A stretch of 64,000 bases of DNA, filler included, from Basidiobolus ranarum (taxonomy: Eukaryota), in the NCBI GenBank assembly GCA_040143965.1. It is 15 parts of 15 records of this genome, joined end to end, with 100 filler letters (N's around TTAATTAATTAA, not from the genome) between each part and the next. Parts side by side here need not be neighbours in the genome. Positions count along the whole stretch, not along the records: positions 25,744 to 29,928 come from JASJQH010008956.1; positions 30,029 to 34,210 come from JASJQH010008957.1; positions 34,311 to 38,491 come from JASJQH010008958.1; positions 38,592 to 42,771 come from JASJQH010008959.1; 11 more parts are not named here. One strand, 5' to 3'. The notes beneath the pieces are model-generated. The model saw only the letters and a program-made list of their open reading frames with translations, had not been told where the DNA came from and made no database searches. Positions 26,599 through 41,500 of this stretch are shown here, piece after piece. How positions within the stretch are numbered: position 1 is the stretch's first letter; each line of letters opens with the position of its first letter. The position numbers were made by a program, and so were the translations under genes.

Positions 26599-27883
26599 TA
26601 TTGTAGATGATTGTATGAGGGAGTAGAAGTTAGTATGTTAGGTTACTTGGTTATTAATATGCAACTAGGAGGACACCCTTATATACTAGCCAGAAGCCAC
26701 AGGAGTGAATCCCATGCCATTGTATATTTTATGAATAATGGATTCATCCAGACTCTGTGGATAACGGTACATAGTAACTAACCAGTGAGGAGTGTGATAT
26801 CTTCTCCATTGGGGTATCCACCAGAATCTTTCTTAACGAGATCCAGATTATTACACGACTGCTGTCGTGTCAACTTGGCACATCTCAACCCCGGAATATT
26901 GCGCTTTGATTGTGAGCTTGCAGTGTAGAATTAAATTTAGTTTCCCGTATATTATGCTGCGCGCTGTTGCCATGATTGATCTCACTGATTTGTTTGTTTA
27001 CCTTCTATTCTTGAGCCTGATCTGGTGGACATTGATTTATCGATGATTCAAAACACCCCATTTCTCGATGTTTCCGATGAATTGGCAATATGAACAATAC
27101 ACCTTGACTATTAAAAGTAGTTAATATTAAATTTAAGTAAACCGATCGATCGTCAGTACATGCTTTAAATAATTCCCTAGCAGTCTATCTCAAGAATCAC
27201 AGTCTCAACCGATTAAAAATCCATATGCCTACAGCACCCTTACCACCCTACCACAGCCTACTACGTTAAGCACATATAATGTGGAACCAATCGCTGTTAA
27301 CTATCAGGTAGTATTATGTTGACAGAGGCAATATAATGTGCAATCAAGTTAATTATCTGCCCATTTACAGATCGAATACCTACCAAGTGTATTACGATAC
27401 CTGATACTTAGGGAATGCTCATTTGTCGCAAGATTTACTACTATCTTCCCATTATTGTAAGGCCATTGTGGAGCGGATGCTGACAAAGCAATGAGATTCC
27501 TTCGCATACTGTTATTGTTCTCTCTAGTTTATAAGGAGTTGCGCTCGCCTCGACTGCCATCCCAACTGCCAGTTCTAATATTGAACCAAGAGATCTCTAC
27601 TATGTAATGATATATAATTAACCTAGAGCCATCTTTATTCTTGCATACACAAGTAGAAGCTGGATCAAACCTACACCTGAATGGAGGGATGAAGGTACTA
27701 CAAAATTATTTGAATAGATTTCGTTGCTACCATCGGGTAATTACCCCAGTCAAATTACCTAATTGTATTATTGATTGGGTGTTGGGTGGGATAGGATTGT
27801 AGATGATCAGAAAAAAAAGTACCTAAGCTTTAGCCAGTTGGAAATACAGAGACGGTCACTCTTCACCTATTCAATAATTGACC

Positions 27884-29928
27884 ATGTCAAGTCTCTCTAG
27901 GTAATTCACATTCTCTTTCGTCAATGTTGCCTCTTTATTTAACATAAATCTCTATTAATGAAATAAAGTGTACTTCCGAATCCAAAGAATCACAGTGTTT
28001 CTACTTCGAAGCCCAATTACGAAGAAAGATCTCTCGGCCAAATCATTTCTACGAAAAATGCCCCACCACCATATCGTTCACGCGCTGGTTGGATTCCCAG
28101 AGCCCCTGAGGATTTTGGAGATGGTGGTGCATTTCCGGAAATTCATGTTGCTCAATATCCCTTAAACATGGGTCGAAAGACTGTGAGTGGTGTTCCTAGA
28201 GAAAAATACACGTACATTTTGAACATTTTACTCATGTATATATTTTATTTCATGAAGTCCAAAGGTGGAAATACCATTTCTTTACAGGTTGACGCCGAGG
28301 GGAACGTCCAATACGATGCAATCGCTAAACATGGTCATTCCGACTCTCGGATAGTTCACAGCCATTTCAAAGATCTGGTTCCTTTGAGACAGAGAGCAGA
28401 TGTCGGTGAAGTCACTTTAGATCGCCCTTCGGAAGAAGATGTACAAGAAACTGCTGATAGAACACGTGCAGCACTTGAGAAAATCGTTCAAGGTATTGTA
28501 AAATAACTATTAGGTAATGTTCTATTTTAACCTAACCTTGCTAACAAAACTGTCTTCAATCCCAAACTTTTCAGGAAAGATCACTGCTTCTCAACCCAAG
28601 AGTGTAAATGTACAAAATGATATCAAAGCACAATATATACGCTACACACCACAGCAGCAAAGTGGTAGTACCGGTTCTGGAGCTAAACAAAGAATCATTC
28701 GAATGGTCGAAGCTCCGGTGGACCCCATGGAACCATCTAAATTCAAACACAAGAAAATCCCTAGAGGTATGACGATTGAAAATGATGAAATTCGATTGTC
28801 CACCAGTGTTCCAATTACTGATGTTTTTCTTAGGACCACCTTCTCCACCTGCACCTGTCATGCATTCTCCTCCAAGAAAGGTTACTGCCGAAGAACAGCA
28901 AGCCTGGATAATTCCACCATGTGTATCAAATTGGAAGAATGCCAAGGGTTATACAATCCCTCTCGATAAAAGATTGGCAGCTGATGGACGTGGAATTCAG
29001 GAGGTATGTCTTGATCTTGGTTCATATGGCTACATCATTTACTAACGAAGATATCATTATCAAGGTTAAAATCAATGATAATTTTGCAAAACTTTCTGAA
29101 GCTCTATATGCAGCCGACCGTCATACCAGAGAAGAAGTTAGACAGAGGCAGCTAATGGAGCAAAAGATCAGTCAGAAGCAAAAAGCTGCTCAAGAAGAGC
29201 ATCTTCGGATGCTTGCACAAAGAGCTAGAGAAGAGCGGTACTATTCCAAACCAAGTTTTATAGGATGTATTTGGGCAAATATTTACTTTAGTGCTCTCCA
29301 ACAGATCTGGCATATCAAGTACCAACGATGCTTCCAGACCCTCTCGACCATCCGCTGCAGATTTGGCATCTAGCAGTGAGGATGAGGATGATGACAGAGC
29401 TAAAGAACGTGAGAAGATTAGAAGAGACAAAGAACGTGAACGTGAGCGTGAATTAAAGCTGTCTCGTATGGGAGCCGACGCCAAAATGAAATATGCTGCA
29501 AAGTAAGCATTACTTGTAAGAGATTAAGATGAACTAGCATTAACTTTCACATCCTTTTCAGATCCGAAAACCGAGACATCTCTGAAAAAATTGCTCTTGG
29601 CCTCGCCAAACCTAGTCACAGCAAGGAAAGCATGTTTGATTCCAGACTATTTAATCAAAATGAAGGAATTGGTTCTGGTTTCAAAGATGAGGAAGGTTGG
29701 TATGGTATTTGAAGAAGTGTCCGAGAAGCAGCTATTAATCCTTTCCTTTGCAAATTAGCTTACGATTTATACAGCAAGCCTCTGTTTGCTGGATCGAGCG
29801 CAAACAGCATTTACAAGGTCAAAAAGGATGCCGATTCAGAGCTATATGGAGGTGGCAAGGAGGAAGAGATCAACAAGATGTTAGGCCAAGAGAGATTCAG
29901 CAAAGAACTTGGATCGCGTGGATTCAAG
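27884..29928 (+). CDS. PRP45: Spliceosomal SKIP/SNW protein, multi-exon, 3' truncated
   Basis: DFGDGGAFPEIHVAQYP, DPMEPSKFKHKKIPRGPPSPPAPVMHSPPRK, IPPCVSNWKNAKGYTIPLDKRLAADGRG and RDISEKIALG. Confidence 0.95.
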
Positions 29929-31975
29929 NNNNNNNNNNNNNNNNNNNNNNNNNNNNNNNNNNNNNNNNNNNNTTAATTAATTAANNNNNNNNNNNNNNNN
30001 NNNNNNNNNNNNNNNNNNNNNNNNNNNNACCACTTGCCTCCTCCGGTCATGATTGGCTAAGAAGGTTCATGTGAAATAAGGCATCATCTCGGTTGACCAT
30101 TCCTATTGGGTTGTGTTCTACCAAATTCAGTAATGGATCCAGCAAGATAGAGATCATCTTTTTTTCTAAAAGAAATTTTCATCCGAATCTGAGGTTGCCT
30201 ATAATAACGATGAAGATTTTCCATGTATGTCCAGTATATCTAGTCACTGCGCACCAAATGTGGACACAAATAGAAGCATTGGTGTGGATAAAAGAGGGTA
30301 TTTCTGAGCTTACGCTGAATTTGAACTAGTAAGTGCCTAAGCCTATGTTTCCTTAATGAAGAGGGGATCAGGAGGTTACTGCATGGATTGCATGCAAGTG
30401 ATACAGTTATCGTTGATCAAAAAGATTGGTTGGATACTGTGTATATGTCTAACACTGGCCCATTCGATGTAGACGGAGTGATGTAAGGCTGTTCAGGAGT
30501 CAGCGACTCAAGCACTATTGTTTATTCGACTTTCATGTGGTGAGAGGGCGTTTCTCTGCTGCGCAACCCTCTTGGCTACAAGTACTTATGGCATTAGGGC
30601 TCTAAGCGTTAGCCTAGAATCAGGCTAGCTTCAAGTTCGGTATCCATCATCAGGTGTATAGTTGAGTCAGAACAGATACTTCATTCGATGTAACTCGACC
30701 CCTGGCTTCTCATGTGAAAAAAATCATCAACATCTGTGATGCAAGTATGTTCATTAAGTGTCATTTGAGATGGCTTGAAGATCAATCAACGTGGCCGAAT
30801 CTCACCGCTTCCAGGGCCAATGGGATTCCTGTCAAATCCTGTTTGCCTAATTTGGATAGATTTCAAGACCGAAGCCGCGGCGAAGTGGTAGGTATCGCCG
30901 GTAAAGTCCGATTGATTTCGGCTGTCAATTATTGCATGGGGAAAGAGAATGTTGCACATGTTATGGATTTTGGAGTTGTTTACCTAGGTGCTCTCAAAGC
31001 TTCTCTTACCTTTTTTGTAGTTTTTTTCTGAGCCAAATATGGTAGCTATTTCGATCAACGTTCCCATATTACTCGCTAGAAAGTCTAATATCCATTCGTC
31101 AAGAGCTAGAGCACAGGCTAGAATATTCAGTGTGCCATTGCACTCGATTTGTCGCATTTTTTAGACTCCAAGCTGCGAAGAGCTAAGAGATGTATTGTTA
31201 ACCTTGTAATATGCGCCTAATCTTCAACTGTCAGTATTTGACAGGAATGGCTATAATATCATGTTCATCATATCTGGTTAAGACTAGTCGCTGAAATAGG
31301 TAGATCTTACTCACAACTAGCCAGTCAACCTACAAATGAAATTTTTGCTTGGTTGCCCCTTTAATTTGAAATGGACCTTCGCTAGATGGACTATTCTAAA
31401 GATTCAAGGTTCGTATTATGATGCCTAAAATAGCGTGTTCACCCGTCAATTGCCTTCTACTCAACACTTGACTATAGAATACAATGGCTATCGACCTGGT
31501 ATGTATTTTGCTGTAGTGTTCAGACCCGACGAAGTCCGCAGTCTTATAGGAATATTTTTATGTCTAGTTGTGCAGGTACCCAGCCTCTATACTTTTACTA
31601 AATAAAAGTGTATAAGCTCTAGCTTATGACTTCGCCCAATACGTTTTACTTTCATTGTGCTAAGTTAAACTAGGCGTCTAGACTTCACCTTGTTGTGTTA
31701 TACTCCCAACTTACTTCGTTTTGCGCTACTGAATCCTCTACTCAAGGCTTATTGATAAGGCTCTGGTATATTACATGTTTTATCGTAGCTTTCGTTCGTT
31801 TGAGCGTTGTGTTATGGTGTATTTATCAGTTGTTTATATACATTCCGTCATACTACATAAATGCTGTCATCATCTAGGATTTCATTGGTCAGAATTTGAA
31901 AATAGACCAGTCAATTGTTGTTGACAAGATATTCATTTCTAGTAAAGTACCCATTTCTTACCGTTTTTGCTGAAA

Positions 31976-32566
31976 ATGTGGTTGTCTGATACTCAAAGTT
32001 AGTGATGTGTATGTGTTTGTCATTTTTACGGTGCGGAATATAACACCAAGTTACTCACTGTTTAGAGATTGGAGTTGGATTGACCTCTTTTGGGGGTCTT
32101 TTCATGCTTTTAGGCATGCTCCTCCTTTTTGACTCTGGCTTGTTGGCCATCGGAAATGTAATAGTATAAGCCAATTCATATGGATGTTCGGCCGTGTTAT
32201 TTATACAAATATTCAATATTTCTTTATTTGTCAGCTCTTTTTCCTAGCGGGTATTACTCTACTGATCGGACTACAAAAAACCCTCGGCTTTTTTGCTCAA
32301 AAAAACAAGATAGCAGGGACTATATGCTTTCTAGGAGGTATATTCTTGGTGCTTATCAAGTGGCCTATGGTTGGAATGATAATAGAGCTTTTTGGCTTCA
32401 TTAATCTCTTTGGGTAACATGTAACTTTACCTATTTCTCAAGCGAATTGATGTTGAATATTTTCAATTTATTTAGTGATTTCTTCCCTGTTATCTTCAGT
32501 TTTCTTCGCAAACTTCCCTTGATTGGTCGCTTATTCAACTTGCCGATACTCTCTAGATTGTATTAG
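31976..32566 (+). CDS. GOT1: Got1 vesicle-transport membrane protein (3' end uncertain)
   Basis: Spliced product MWLSDTQKIGVGLTSFG..LLFDSGLLAIGN..GITLLIG..ELFGFINLFGDFFP across three introns. Confidence 0.9.
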
Positions 32567-33530
32567 CCTACGTAACGGATTCACCCAAAACCTGGTGCAT
32601 CGATTCTAGCTAGTTTGATTTACTAGTATTCCTTTCTTTAACCGGGTCTTTTAAACACTCATGTGGTCTCTGGACGGAAATCTATGTATTTCTAGCTAGC
32701 TGATTGTACTATCAGTAATGGATTTCCAGTTTACAGTCCTTTCTACTTTGATCTTGACCCTTTATTCGACTTTAATGGGGGCATATTCCTTCTATCTTAC
32801 CATATTCTCGACATTCCTTTACCAACCCACCCACAGTTATTATTGAATTACTTCTCTACTTAGAATGTCAATGTATTCAGATTTACTTTGCATTCAGTTA
32901 GCCGTAAACTCGGTATTTCCTATTGTTCGCTTAACATATATTGTCAAGTGTTTTGAAACCACGATATCCTTTGTATTGTAAGTAGTTTCTAAACTTGGAA
33001 CAAAAGGAGTAAACTTAGTGGTAACATTCAAAACTTTGAGCTACGGCACGGATATTGTTACAAGTTACTTGTTTATGATACGTATCAGGCCTAAGCGTTG
33101 AACATGGCCGGCTCATCCCACTGCTCAAAACCAATCAAAGAGATATGATTGGGGTTCTGAAGCAAAGTTCTTGCATTGAAAGTGTAGAGAGGGATGAGCC
33201 TCCACCGATCCGTTTCAAAGTGGAGAAAAGAGAGCAAAAGGTAGGGTGCAAGTGGGCCATGAATGAAGGGTTAGGATAAAACCATGTTGCGAAAGTGGAT
33301 GTTTCAACATGGAATAAATGGAATGGACTAAATGAAATTGAAACCGGATTGAGTTGGTTCCACGTTGATATGGAGGCAGCCAATTTGGTTACAAACACCT
33401 CCATATCTCATCCTACATATATATTCGTAACTGGGGGAGTGTTGGTAGCAAAGTACAGGGATTCCCCCATCCATTCTGATTTTCTTCTACCCATCCTCTT
33501 TACTTTTACTTTCTTAATTTCCACGGTAAA

Positions 33531-33743
33531 ATGCCGATTAACAAACCCAACTTGACTCTCAACTCCAAGAATTGGGAAGAGAAATCCCTTGCCGCTACTA
33601 CGACGCGAAACACCCCATGGTCACCCACCGATGGAATCTTCTCACCATGTTCGAAGAAATTGGAATTTGAGCGACCAAATCGTCTGGTTCAATCCAAATT
33701 ATTAACTAGAGTTCTTAGTAAGGAAGATAAACCAGAGTGGTAA
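33531..33743 (+). CDS. SPO12: Spo12-family small protein
   Basis: 70-aa ORF with SPTDGIFSPCSKKL, matching the Spo12 SPxDxxxSPCSxKL signature. Confidence 0.7.
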   Translation: MPINKPNLTLNSKNWEEKSLAATTTRNTPWSPTDGIFSPCSKKLEFERPNRLVQSKLLTRVLSKEDKPEW

Positions 33744-34310
33744 CCCAAGAAGAGACGAGGGATTTTCGTCCACACCTACCTATATATTTGTCACTGTTAC
33801 AATCGGCCCACTCACCACATGACTCGTGGGTTAGTATAATGCTTACATTTCCATCAGTTTCAGTGGATATTCAACTTGAGCCCAAATTCCTTTGGCAAAT
33901 AAAAAATCTTGAATCTTCTAGTTGAATGAATCCCAGTCATTATTCTCTAATCGACCCATGTAGTATCGAATCTCGTGGGGAGACAGTGGGGTTTATAGAT
34001 ACATCTTTCTCCTCGAATTTCTCAGGATAGATCTTTGCTGTTTGAGCTGTATCCATCCGTTCTCCCATGTGCATATGAACAGGTAACTTGAATTGAGTGG
34101 TAATGTCAGGTTGGATATAGACGAGATGGCTGACATATCCCAATATTCTGGAGTGTAAATCCGCATTCCCCTATACTCTGGTCTTGTAAAGGTTATTGAC
34201 AAGGATTACCNNNNNNNNNNNNNNNNNNNNNNNNNNNNNNNNNNNNNNNNNNNNTTAATTAATTAANNNNNNNNNNNNNNNNNNNNNNNNNNNNNNNNNN
34301 NNNNNNNNNN

Positions 34311-36615
34311 ATCAATATTAATAAGAGTGCTAACTCAACTTTAGTGTGCCCACTGAGTGCACTGGCTGTGCTTTGTCTCAAAGTTTTGTTAACACTGCTA
34401 AAATTGAAGATACCATGGAGTTATCTCAACTATATGACCAAAATAATGTAGGTTAAAATGCAACTTTGGTCAAGCCAGTAAGACCTGACTACTTTGAGGA
34501 ATTGCTGCTACGTCTAGACCTTGGTTATTCCAGTATCAACGGTAATATATCAGAAGTTGAAGATGTAGATAATGGTTTTGTGACAAACTATTTGTGATAG
34601 GCAGGCTTGTGTCCACTCTGTCCACTTACAGTACTGGAAGCTGCTTTGATTATTGAGGAGTGAAGAGTTCAATCCAATCTTAGCAACCAGGTGTTACTTG
34701 TTTTTCTTACACTTTTACCATTGTTGATTGGCAACTGGTGCTTGCCTTTGCCCTGGTACAAGTGGCAAACACTTTTCAATATTACAGCTCATAATCCTTC
34801 AGTAATCAAATTAGCTTGATGTTCAAGTGGTTGTTTGGCTCTCACCAATGATCTGAAAAACCCAAAGTCATGTACTATTTGCACACAAATTGCAATGACT
34901 GAATCACATAAATATTGTTCATTTTCAGCTCACAAATATTTAATTCCCTGTCTTAAAGTTTTGATCAAATCACCCTAATGTAGATCTTTGAGCTAATACC
35001 ACAGTACGCACCATAAAGCTGATTGTATTACCAATATACTAGGTGGATATCACTACCAGACTCTGAAAAGTCTAGGTTTCTTTGAGAACACACATAATGA
35101 AGCACTTGCATTGGTTCTGAATGGTTTCTGACTAAACTAATATATTGCTGGAAAGGCTTGCTGGTTAATAGTATTTGTTAATTAAAATCTTCCTCCCTCT
35201 GAATGGTAAAGAGTCGTAATATTTTAATACTATCCATCATAACTGGACCTTAATCACCAGTGCTACTAGATAGCTTCAAGGATCCTCTCATTGCAGAATT
35301 TCAACATCTATCTCATGGGGTTCACTTGGGTGAATATTCTATTAATGCTAATATCATTACATATATTGGTGCCACTCCTGCCATCAGTAAACTTGGAGGT
35401 TTTTGCTGACACAATGTACTATCTTGCTGTAGATTTTGCCAAACTGATGGAGCTTACTCTCCCAGGCATACACATTACTACTCTCCAAATACAACACTAA
35501 ATTATTTGAGTTTACCACTAAGAGCCTGGTCAGATTTTAACATGCTCATTGATATCATTTCCCCAAATGGCCAGTCTTACATCAAACTTGGTATTGGCCA
35601 TAAGCTTAAGATTATATTGCTACAGGGGGCCAGCTGGAGACAGAGCTTGCTAATTGGCACTATGAATTTACTATTCAACAAAGTTACAATACTGCCTACT
35701 GAGCTATATAATGTAAAATTTGTTTGATTCAATTGGTAAAATGCTTGCAAATGTCAAGATAGCACCATGTTTTAACAGAACTCCCATCAATATCCACTCA
35801 TGTAGGCATTTATTCAAAAGCAAAGACTGGAAGAATTGGATTTGTTTATTTCAAGTAGACTCTGGAAAAGATTTCTGCTCCATAGGCAATGGCTGCATTG
35901 GCAGATGTTTGTTGAAATAGTTAATATATTCTCATGGTGTCTACTCACAATGGCAGATCTCATACAGATACAATGACTAGGCAAAGTTTTGTAATTGGAT
36001 ATAAATACTTTATTACAGGGTTAGAGAAGAAAGACTGAATCTGTGCCAGTATTTGAAACATTCCCTGCTGCATCTTTCACAATACTTAGAGATTATATGT
36101 CCTTGCCAGACATTCCAGGAGTTCCCAATGGAGTGAACCTGGGATGAAACAATGCTTTGTGTGAAGTGAGAAGTATTATAATATGCTAATCTGATTAACA
36201 ATGTATGGGCAAAATCAGTTATGGATATAATGCAATGGGATAAGGAGACTCTAGAGTATAACAACCTTCCAACAATGGGCTCTTTTCAAAGTACTCATAG
36301 GTTCTCACATAGTTTAAGCACTATAAAAGTGACAAAACCCAATCCATGGACACCAAGTAAGTACCTCTATAATTTGGACTAATCTGTTTGTGCAATAATC
36401 TAAAGATATTACTAGGAAAGCTGCATGACCAATTCTTAGTCTGATACATTGAGATATGCAGTATTATTGTTTTAGCCATGGGATTATCTATTTCAGCAAT
36501 GACACAGCTACTTGTGGTGGGACACTTGGGTCTGCAAGCTGGGGATATTATGGCTGAACTCTATATAAAGTTTTGCCAAAATCCAAGAGCTTATTCTCAT
36601 TGTCAACAGTAACAA
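34311..36615 (+). mobile_element. CACTA/EnSpm-like transposase remnant interrupted by a Copia insertion
   Basis: Decayed motifs TPAISKLGGF..HNVLSCCRFC, FKSKDWKNW and EFPME. Collinear with 39810-41975. Confidence 0.65.
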
Positions 36616-38491
36616 TGATAAAAATGTGTAGGCAATTTGGAAGTATATTGGACAAGATTTGGATATGTGAATTAGACACTTAGGTTTTATTGAATTGAAT
36701 ATGTCCTATTTATAGTTTACTATGAAGTATACTATACTATTCCAAGTAATTGCTCCATTACAATAGAGAAAAGTGCACCCAGTTGTTAATCTTCTATCAT
36801 CAAGGTTTCTTTCCCAGTCTGCATCACTGTAGCCTTCAAAATTTTGTGCATCAAAAGTGGCAGAGTATTCCAGAATTAGATTCACAGCTCCTCTCAAGTA
36901 CCTGAAATGTTGTTTTACTGCAGGTTTGTGCTCTGATCCTTGATTTTTGAGATATTGGCTGACATTTCCCACTGCCACAGCAATGTCTGGACATGTTCCA
37001 ACCATTGCATACACTAAACTACCCTCCATGGATTGATGAGGAAGCATCTGGCTTTGACTTGAGCCATCTGGGCCAAATTGGATGAAATTTGTCTAACTTA
37101 AACATTAGGATCCATTGGTGTCACTAGAGGCTTGCTATTCTCCATGTCAAAGTATTTTAGCATATTCAGGATGTAACTAGATGGATTCAGCATCATTTTC
37201 TGATTGGGTTTTCTCTCTTGATTTGGATTCCAAGAAAATCACTCAACTACTCATATCAGTCATCTGAAAATCCTTTGATAAGCTGTTTTTTATCTGATTA
37301 AGTGCTTCCAGGTCATTTGTGGCTATGATTAAGTGATCCACATATAGTGCCTAGATAATGGTTCTATTTCTGGTTGTTTTGATATAAATATTATGATCTG
37401 CTGTACTCTTTTGGAATTCTAGTGAATCCAAATAGGTCTCTGTCTTGTTGTATCATGCCCTGGGTGCTTGCTGGAGTCCACTTAGGAATTTTTGCAGTTT
37501 ACAGGCCATAACAGGGTGTTTATGGTCAACAGCTCCATCTGATTGCTCTATATAAATCTCTTCTTCAACATTTCCATTGTGAAAGGCTGATTTTACAACC
37601 ATTTGATGTAAATCAAGGTTATGGATGGCTGAAAGTGACAGGATTGATCTATTGGAGCTAGCTTAGCTTCTGGAGCAAAAGTTTCAATATACTCAAGTCC
37701 TGGAGCCAGGGAATAGCCTTTTGCAATTAATCTTGCTTTGTACCTTTCTATAGTTCAACCAACTTGGTTATTGACTTTGTAGACCCATTTGCCATCTATA
37801 GACTTTCTCCCTGATGGGAGAGGACTTAAAACCCACATTGTATTGTCCTGTAAGGAACAAAACTCACCAGACATTGCTCTTTCCCATATTTTGATTCTGG
37901 ACACTCCAGAGCTTGATCTAGAGTCTCTGGCTGGTCACAGAATGTGGCATGAGCATATACATCATCATTGGAAGTGTTCCACCAGTTTCTTGACTGATTT
38001 CTCCTTCTGGATGATCTTCTGGGTCCTGAATCATCCTCTAACATAAATAGGACTAGAATTTTAGTTAAATAGCACTCAGACACAGCTGGAATTTTGTCAT
38101 ACACTTCCTGAATAGTGCTGATTGTGTTTTCTGGATCAAAAACTGTGCCATGAGGTGAAAAAATAGCTTTTTCATCAAAAACACATCTCTGCATTAAATT
38201 TACTTCTGGTTTTTGGTATCAAACAGTCTGTAGGCAAAAGATCCATCACAATAACAAAGAAGTATGCAGTTTCTGCTTTTGGGCTCCAATTTAGATAATT
38301 TTTGCGCTGGAATTAGGCAATATCCAGTGCCACCAAAGATCCTGAGATGATCCACATTTGGTTTTGATCCATATAGGGCTTCAAATGGAGTAGAATTTTG
38401 AAGCAATCTTGTTGGGCTTCTGTATTTTATATATTGCAGTAGAGACATCTTCAGCGGAATATTGATAATCTCACTTTAAATAATGTAACAT
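36616..38491 (-). mobile_element. Copia family B remnant: integrase C-terminus, RT, and partial 3' LTR (36616-~36735)
   Basis: KLEPKSRNCILL, ETFAP, QAPRA and GYSDADW motifs. The LTR end matches 5395 onward. Confidence 0.85.
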
Positions 38492-38591
38492 NNNNNNNNN
38501 NNNNNNNNNNNNNNNNNNNNNNNNNNNNNNNNNNNTTAATTAATTAANNNNNNNNNNNNNNNNNNNNNNNNNNNNNNNNNNNNNNNNNNNN

Positions 38592-41500
38592 GGTTTTTGG
38601 TTTTTCCACAATTGACTCAAATCCAGGTGATTTTGGGCAAGATTCTGCACAGTTTCCAAAATGTTAAACCACTCATCATCAGAGCAAGTGATGGCAGCTC
38701 TGACATTCAGAGTCTTTTGGTTTGCCGGTTTTCCTATGAGATTTCTACTTTCATTTGTCCAAGCAATATTGGGTTGTTGTGTAGGCTTAATGATCCGGCA
38801 TTCTACTCTGCTACATTGTCATGGTGATGTTGATTTTTATGTTGTGGGATTGATTTAAGCCCCATATGAGAGTGGATGGAGGGAGCAGCATGTTGCTGTA
38901 GCTTGAGTACTGCATTCTGAAGGTCTTGTTTCATTGTTGCATGACTCTCTAACTGTTAGCTAGTTACTTCAGAATGCTGCATTAATTACAATATTGTGGC
39001 ATAGTTGCTTGTCATGACCTGTTTACCAACATTGTAGTTTATACTTATGATTGCATTCTGTTCATTATGGTATTCTACCTCAGATTACCTTGTTGTAGTA
39101 ATCTTATCCAAATTTTCTACACAGGGTTGTTCAATAGGTGGTAAAATAGCAATTTTGGGAGTTGATAGTCTTGACAGTATTTTGGTTGAACTTTGCACTA
39201 CTATTGATTTACTTCATAACTTGGAGATTACAATCTCTTGACTTGCACTATTGCTGTACAGGAACACATGCAGTTAATTGATTAATGCTTCATCAGTACT
39301 TAAGTTAGTTTCTGGCATGTTTATGCCTTGCAAAGTGGACAGTCCATTGCTAGACTGCTTATAAATTAAGTCTTGTGTTCTTGCTGTTTTTTTTCCTTCT
39401 GTGCCCGCAGGCTTTTCCTTGGAAGCCATCTTTGGTTCAGATTTTGAACACTCTTTGAATGGCATTGCTACTTTCAGAAGGTAAACTTGGGGTGATGAAA
39501 TTGCTTAGAGACGGCTTATAGTAAACCAAAACTGCCATCCTTTACCTGAAATATCTTGTAAGTGCCCTGATTACTCATCTGTGATGCCATCTTGAAATCA
39601 GAGGATAATGTTGATGAGATATACCTATGATAATACCTTTACATAGGTGGAGTTCTTTTTCTGCAATATCCTTCTCATGCTGCAACACAAACATTATTAG
39701 AAGCCCTTATATTATTGTCACAAATTCTTATACTATGAAAGCCTGAGGCTTCATAGAAAAAATTATCATAAGCACAGTTACTGTACAAAGCCACCAGTTG
39801 TGCAAAGCTGGTTAATATCGCCAGTAATAAGAGCCCAAACCAATTTTAGTTTTGGTCATGCAGTCCACTGGTTGTGCTTTACTCAATGGTTTAGTACCAC
39901 TGCTGAAAGTCAAGATACCATGGAGTTATCACAGTTATGTAACCAGAATAATGTAGGTAGAAATGTAACTTTAGTTGAACCAGTAAGTCCAGACAACTTT
40001 GAGGATATGGTGCTATATGTCAACCTTAGTTATTCCAGTACTAATGTTAGTATATCAGAAGATGAAGAAAAAATAATGGTTTTGTTTTGGACTCTTTGGT
40101 ATCAGCAAGCATTTGTCTACTCACAACACTTACAGTAAATAAAGCAGCTTTGATTATTGAAAAGTGGTGAGTTTAATCCAATGTTGGCAACCAGGTGTCT
40201 ATTGGTTTTGTTTCACTTTTACCACAGTTGATTGGCAATTGTTGCTTGCCACACACCTGGTACAAGTGGAAAAAATTTTCTATTGTATGACTTATGATCC
40301 ATTGGTAAGCAAACTACCTTCATCTTCATATGGTTGTTTGGCTTTCACCAGGAATCTGAAAAACCTAAAGTCATATGCTGTTTTCACACAATTTGCAATC
40401 ACCGAATTAGGTAAATGTTGTTCATGTTTGGCACAGAAGATGTTGAGTCCCCATCTTAAAGTTCTAATGAAATAACCCAAATATTGATCATTGATCCATT
40501 ACTAAAGTACTTGCCATAAAGCTGATGGTGTTACCAATGTACTTGATGGATATCTCTAACAGAATCTGACAAGTCAAGGATTCTTTGAGAACACATATGA
40601 TCATGCATTTGCATTGGCTCTGGAGGGTTTCTCACTAAAAAAAAATACCAATGGAAAGGCTTGCTGGACTATAATTTTATTGACTTATATCTTTCTCCTT
40701 CCTAACAATAAAAGAGACATAACATTTTGATACCATTTATTATATCTGCACCTGAATCACTAGTGCTTATATCAAAGCTAGTTCACTCTACAAGTCATAT
40801 GATTACCACTATCCAAATAAGATGTTAAACTCCATGATTTTATCATCAAGAGGCTGGTCAGATTTCAATATGCTCACTGATATCAATTCACCAAATAGTC
40901 AGTCAAACATCTAACTTGGGATTAGCCATAGGCGTAAGTTTATATTGTTAAAGGGGATCTGCTGGAGCCAAAGCTTCCAATTAGGAACTGTACACTAACC
41001 AAACAACAACACTTTAGTACTACTCACTTAGCTGTTTAGTGGAAAATTCAATAGGCTTGAGCAATTAAAGATAAGATCAAAGTCTAAATCAATTGGGAAA
41101 CTGCTTGAAAACATCAAGATACCATCATATTTTACTAGAACTCTCATCCATATTCACTCACCTATACACTTATTCAAATGCCAAGAGTGGAAATATTGGG
41201 TTCGTATATAATCAAGTGCAAACTTGAAAATATTTCTGCCTGATAAGTATTGGCAATATTGGGAATGGTTAGTGAATGTTACTAATATATTCTTGTGGTA
41301 GCAACTCACATTTGCAGATCTCAGGCAGAGAAAGTGACTGTGTAAAGATTCTGTAATTGGACATGAAAAATGTTATTACAGGCCAAAATAATATTGATGT
41401 AATCCATGTGGGTATTCAATGTATTCCCTGCAACATCTTTCACAATGCTTTGAGTTTACAGGCCCTGGCTATACACCTTGAGAGTTCCCAATGGAGCACA

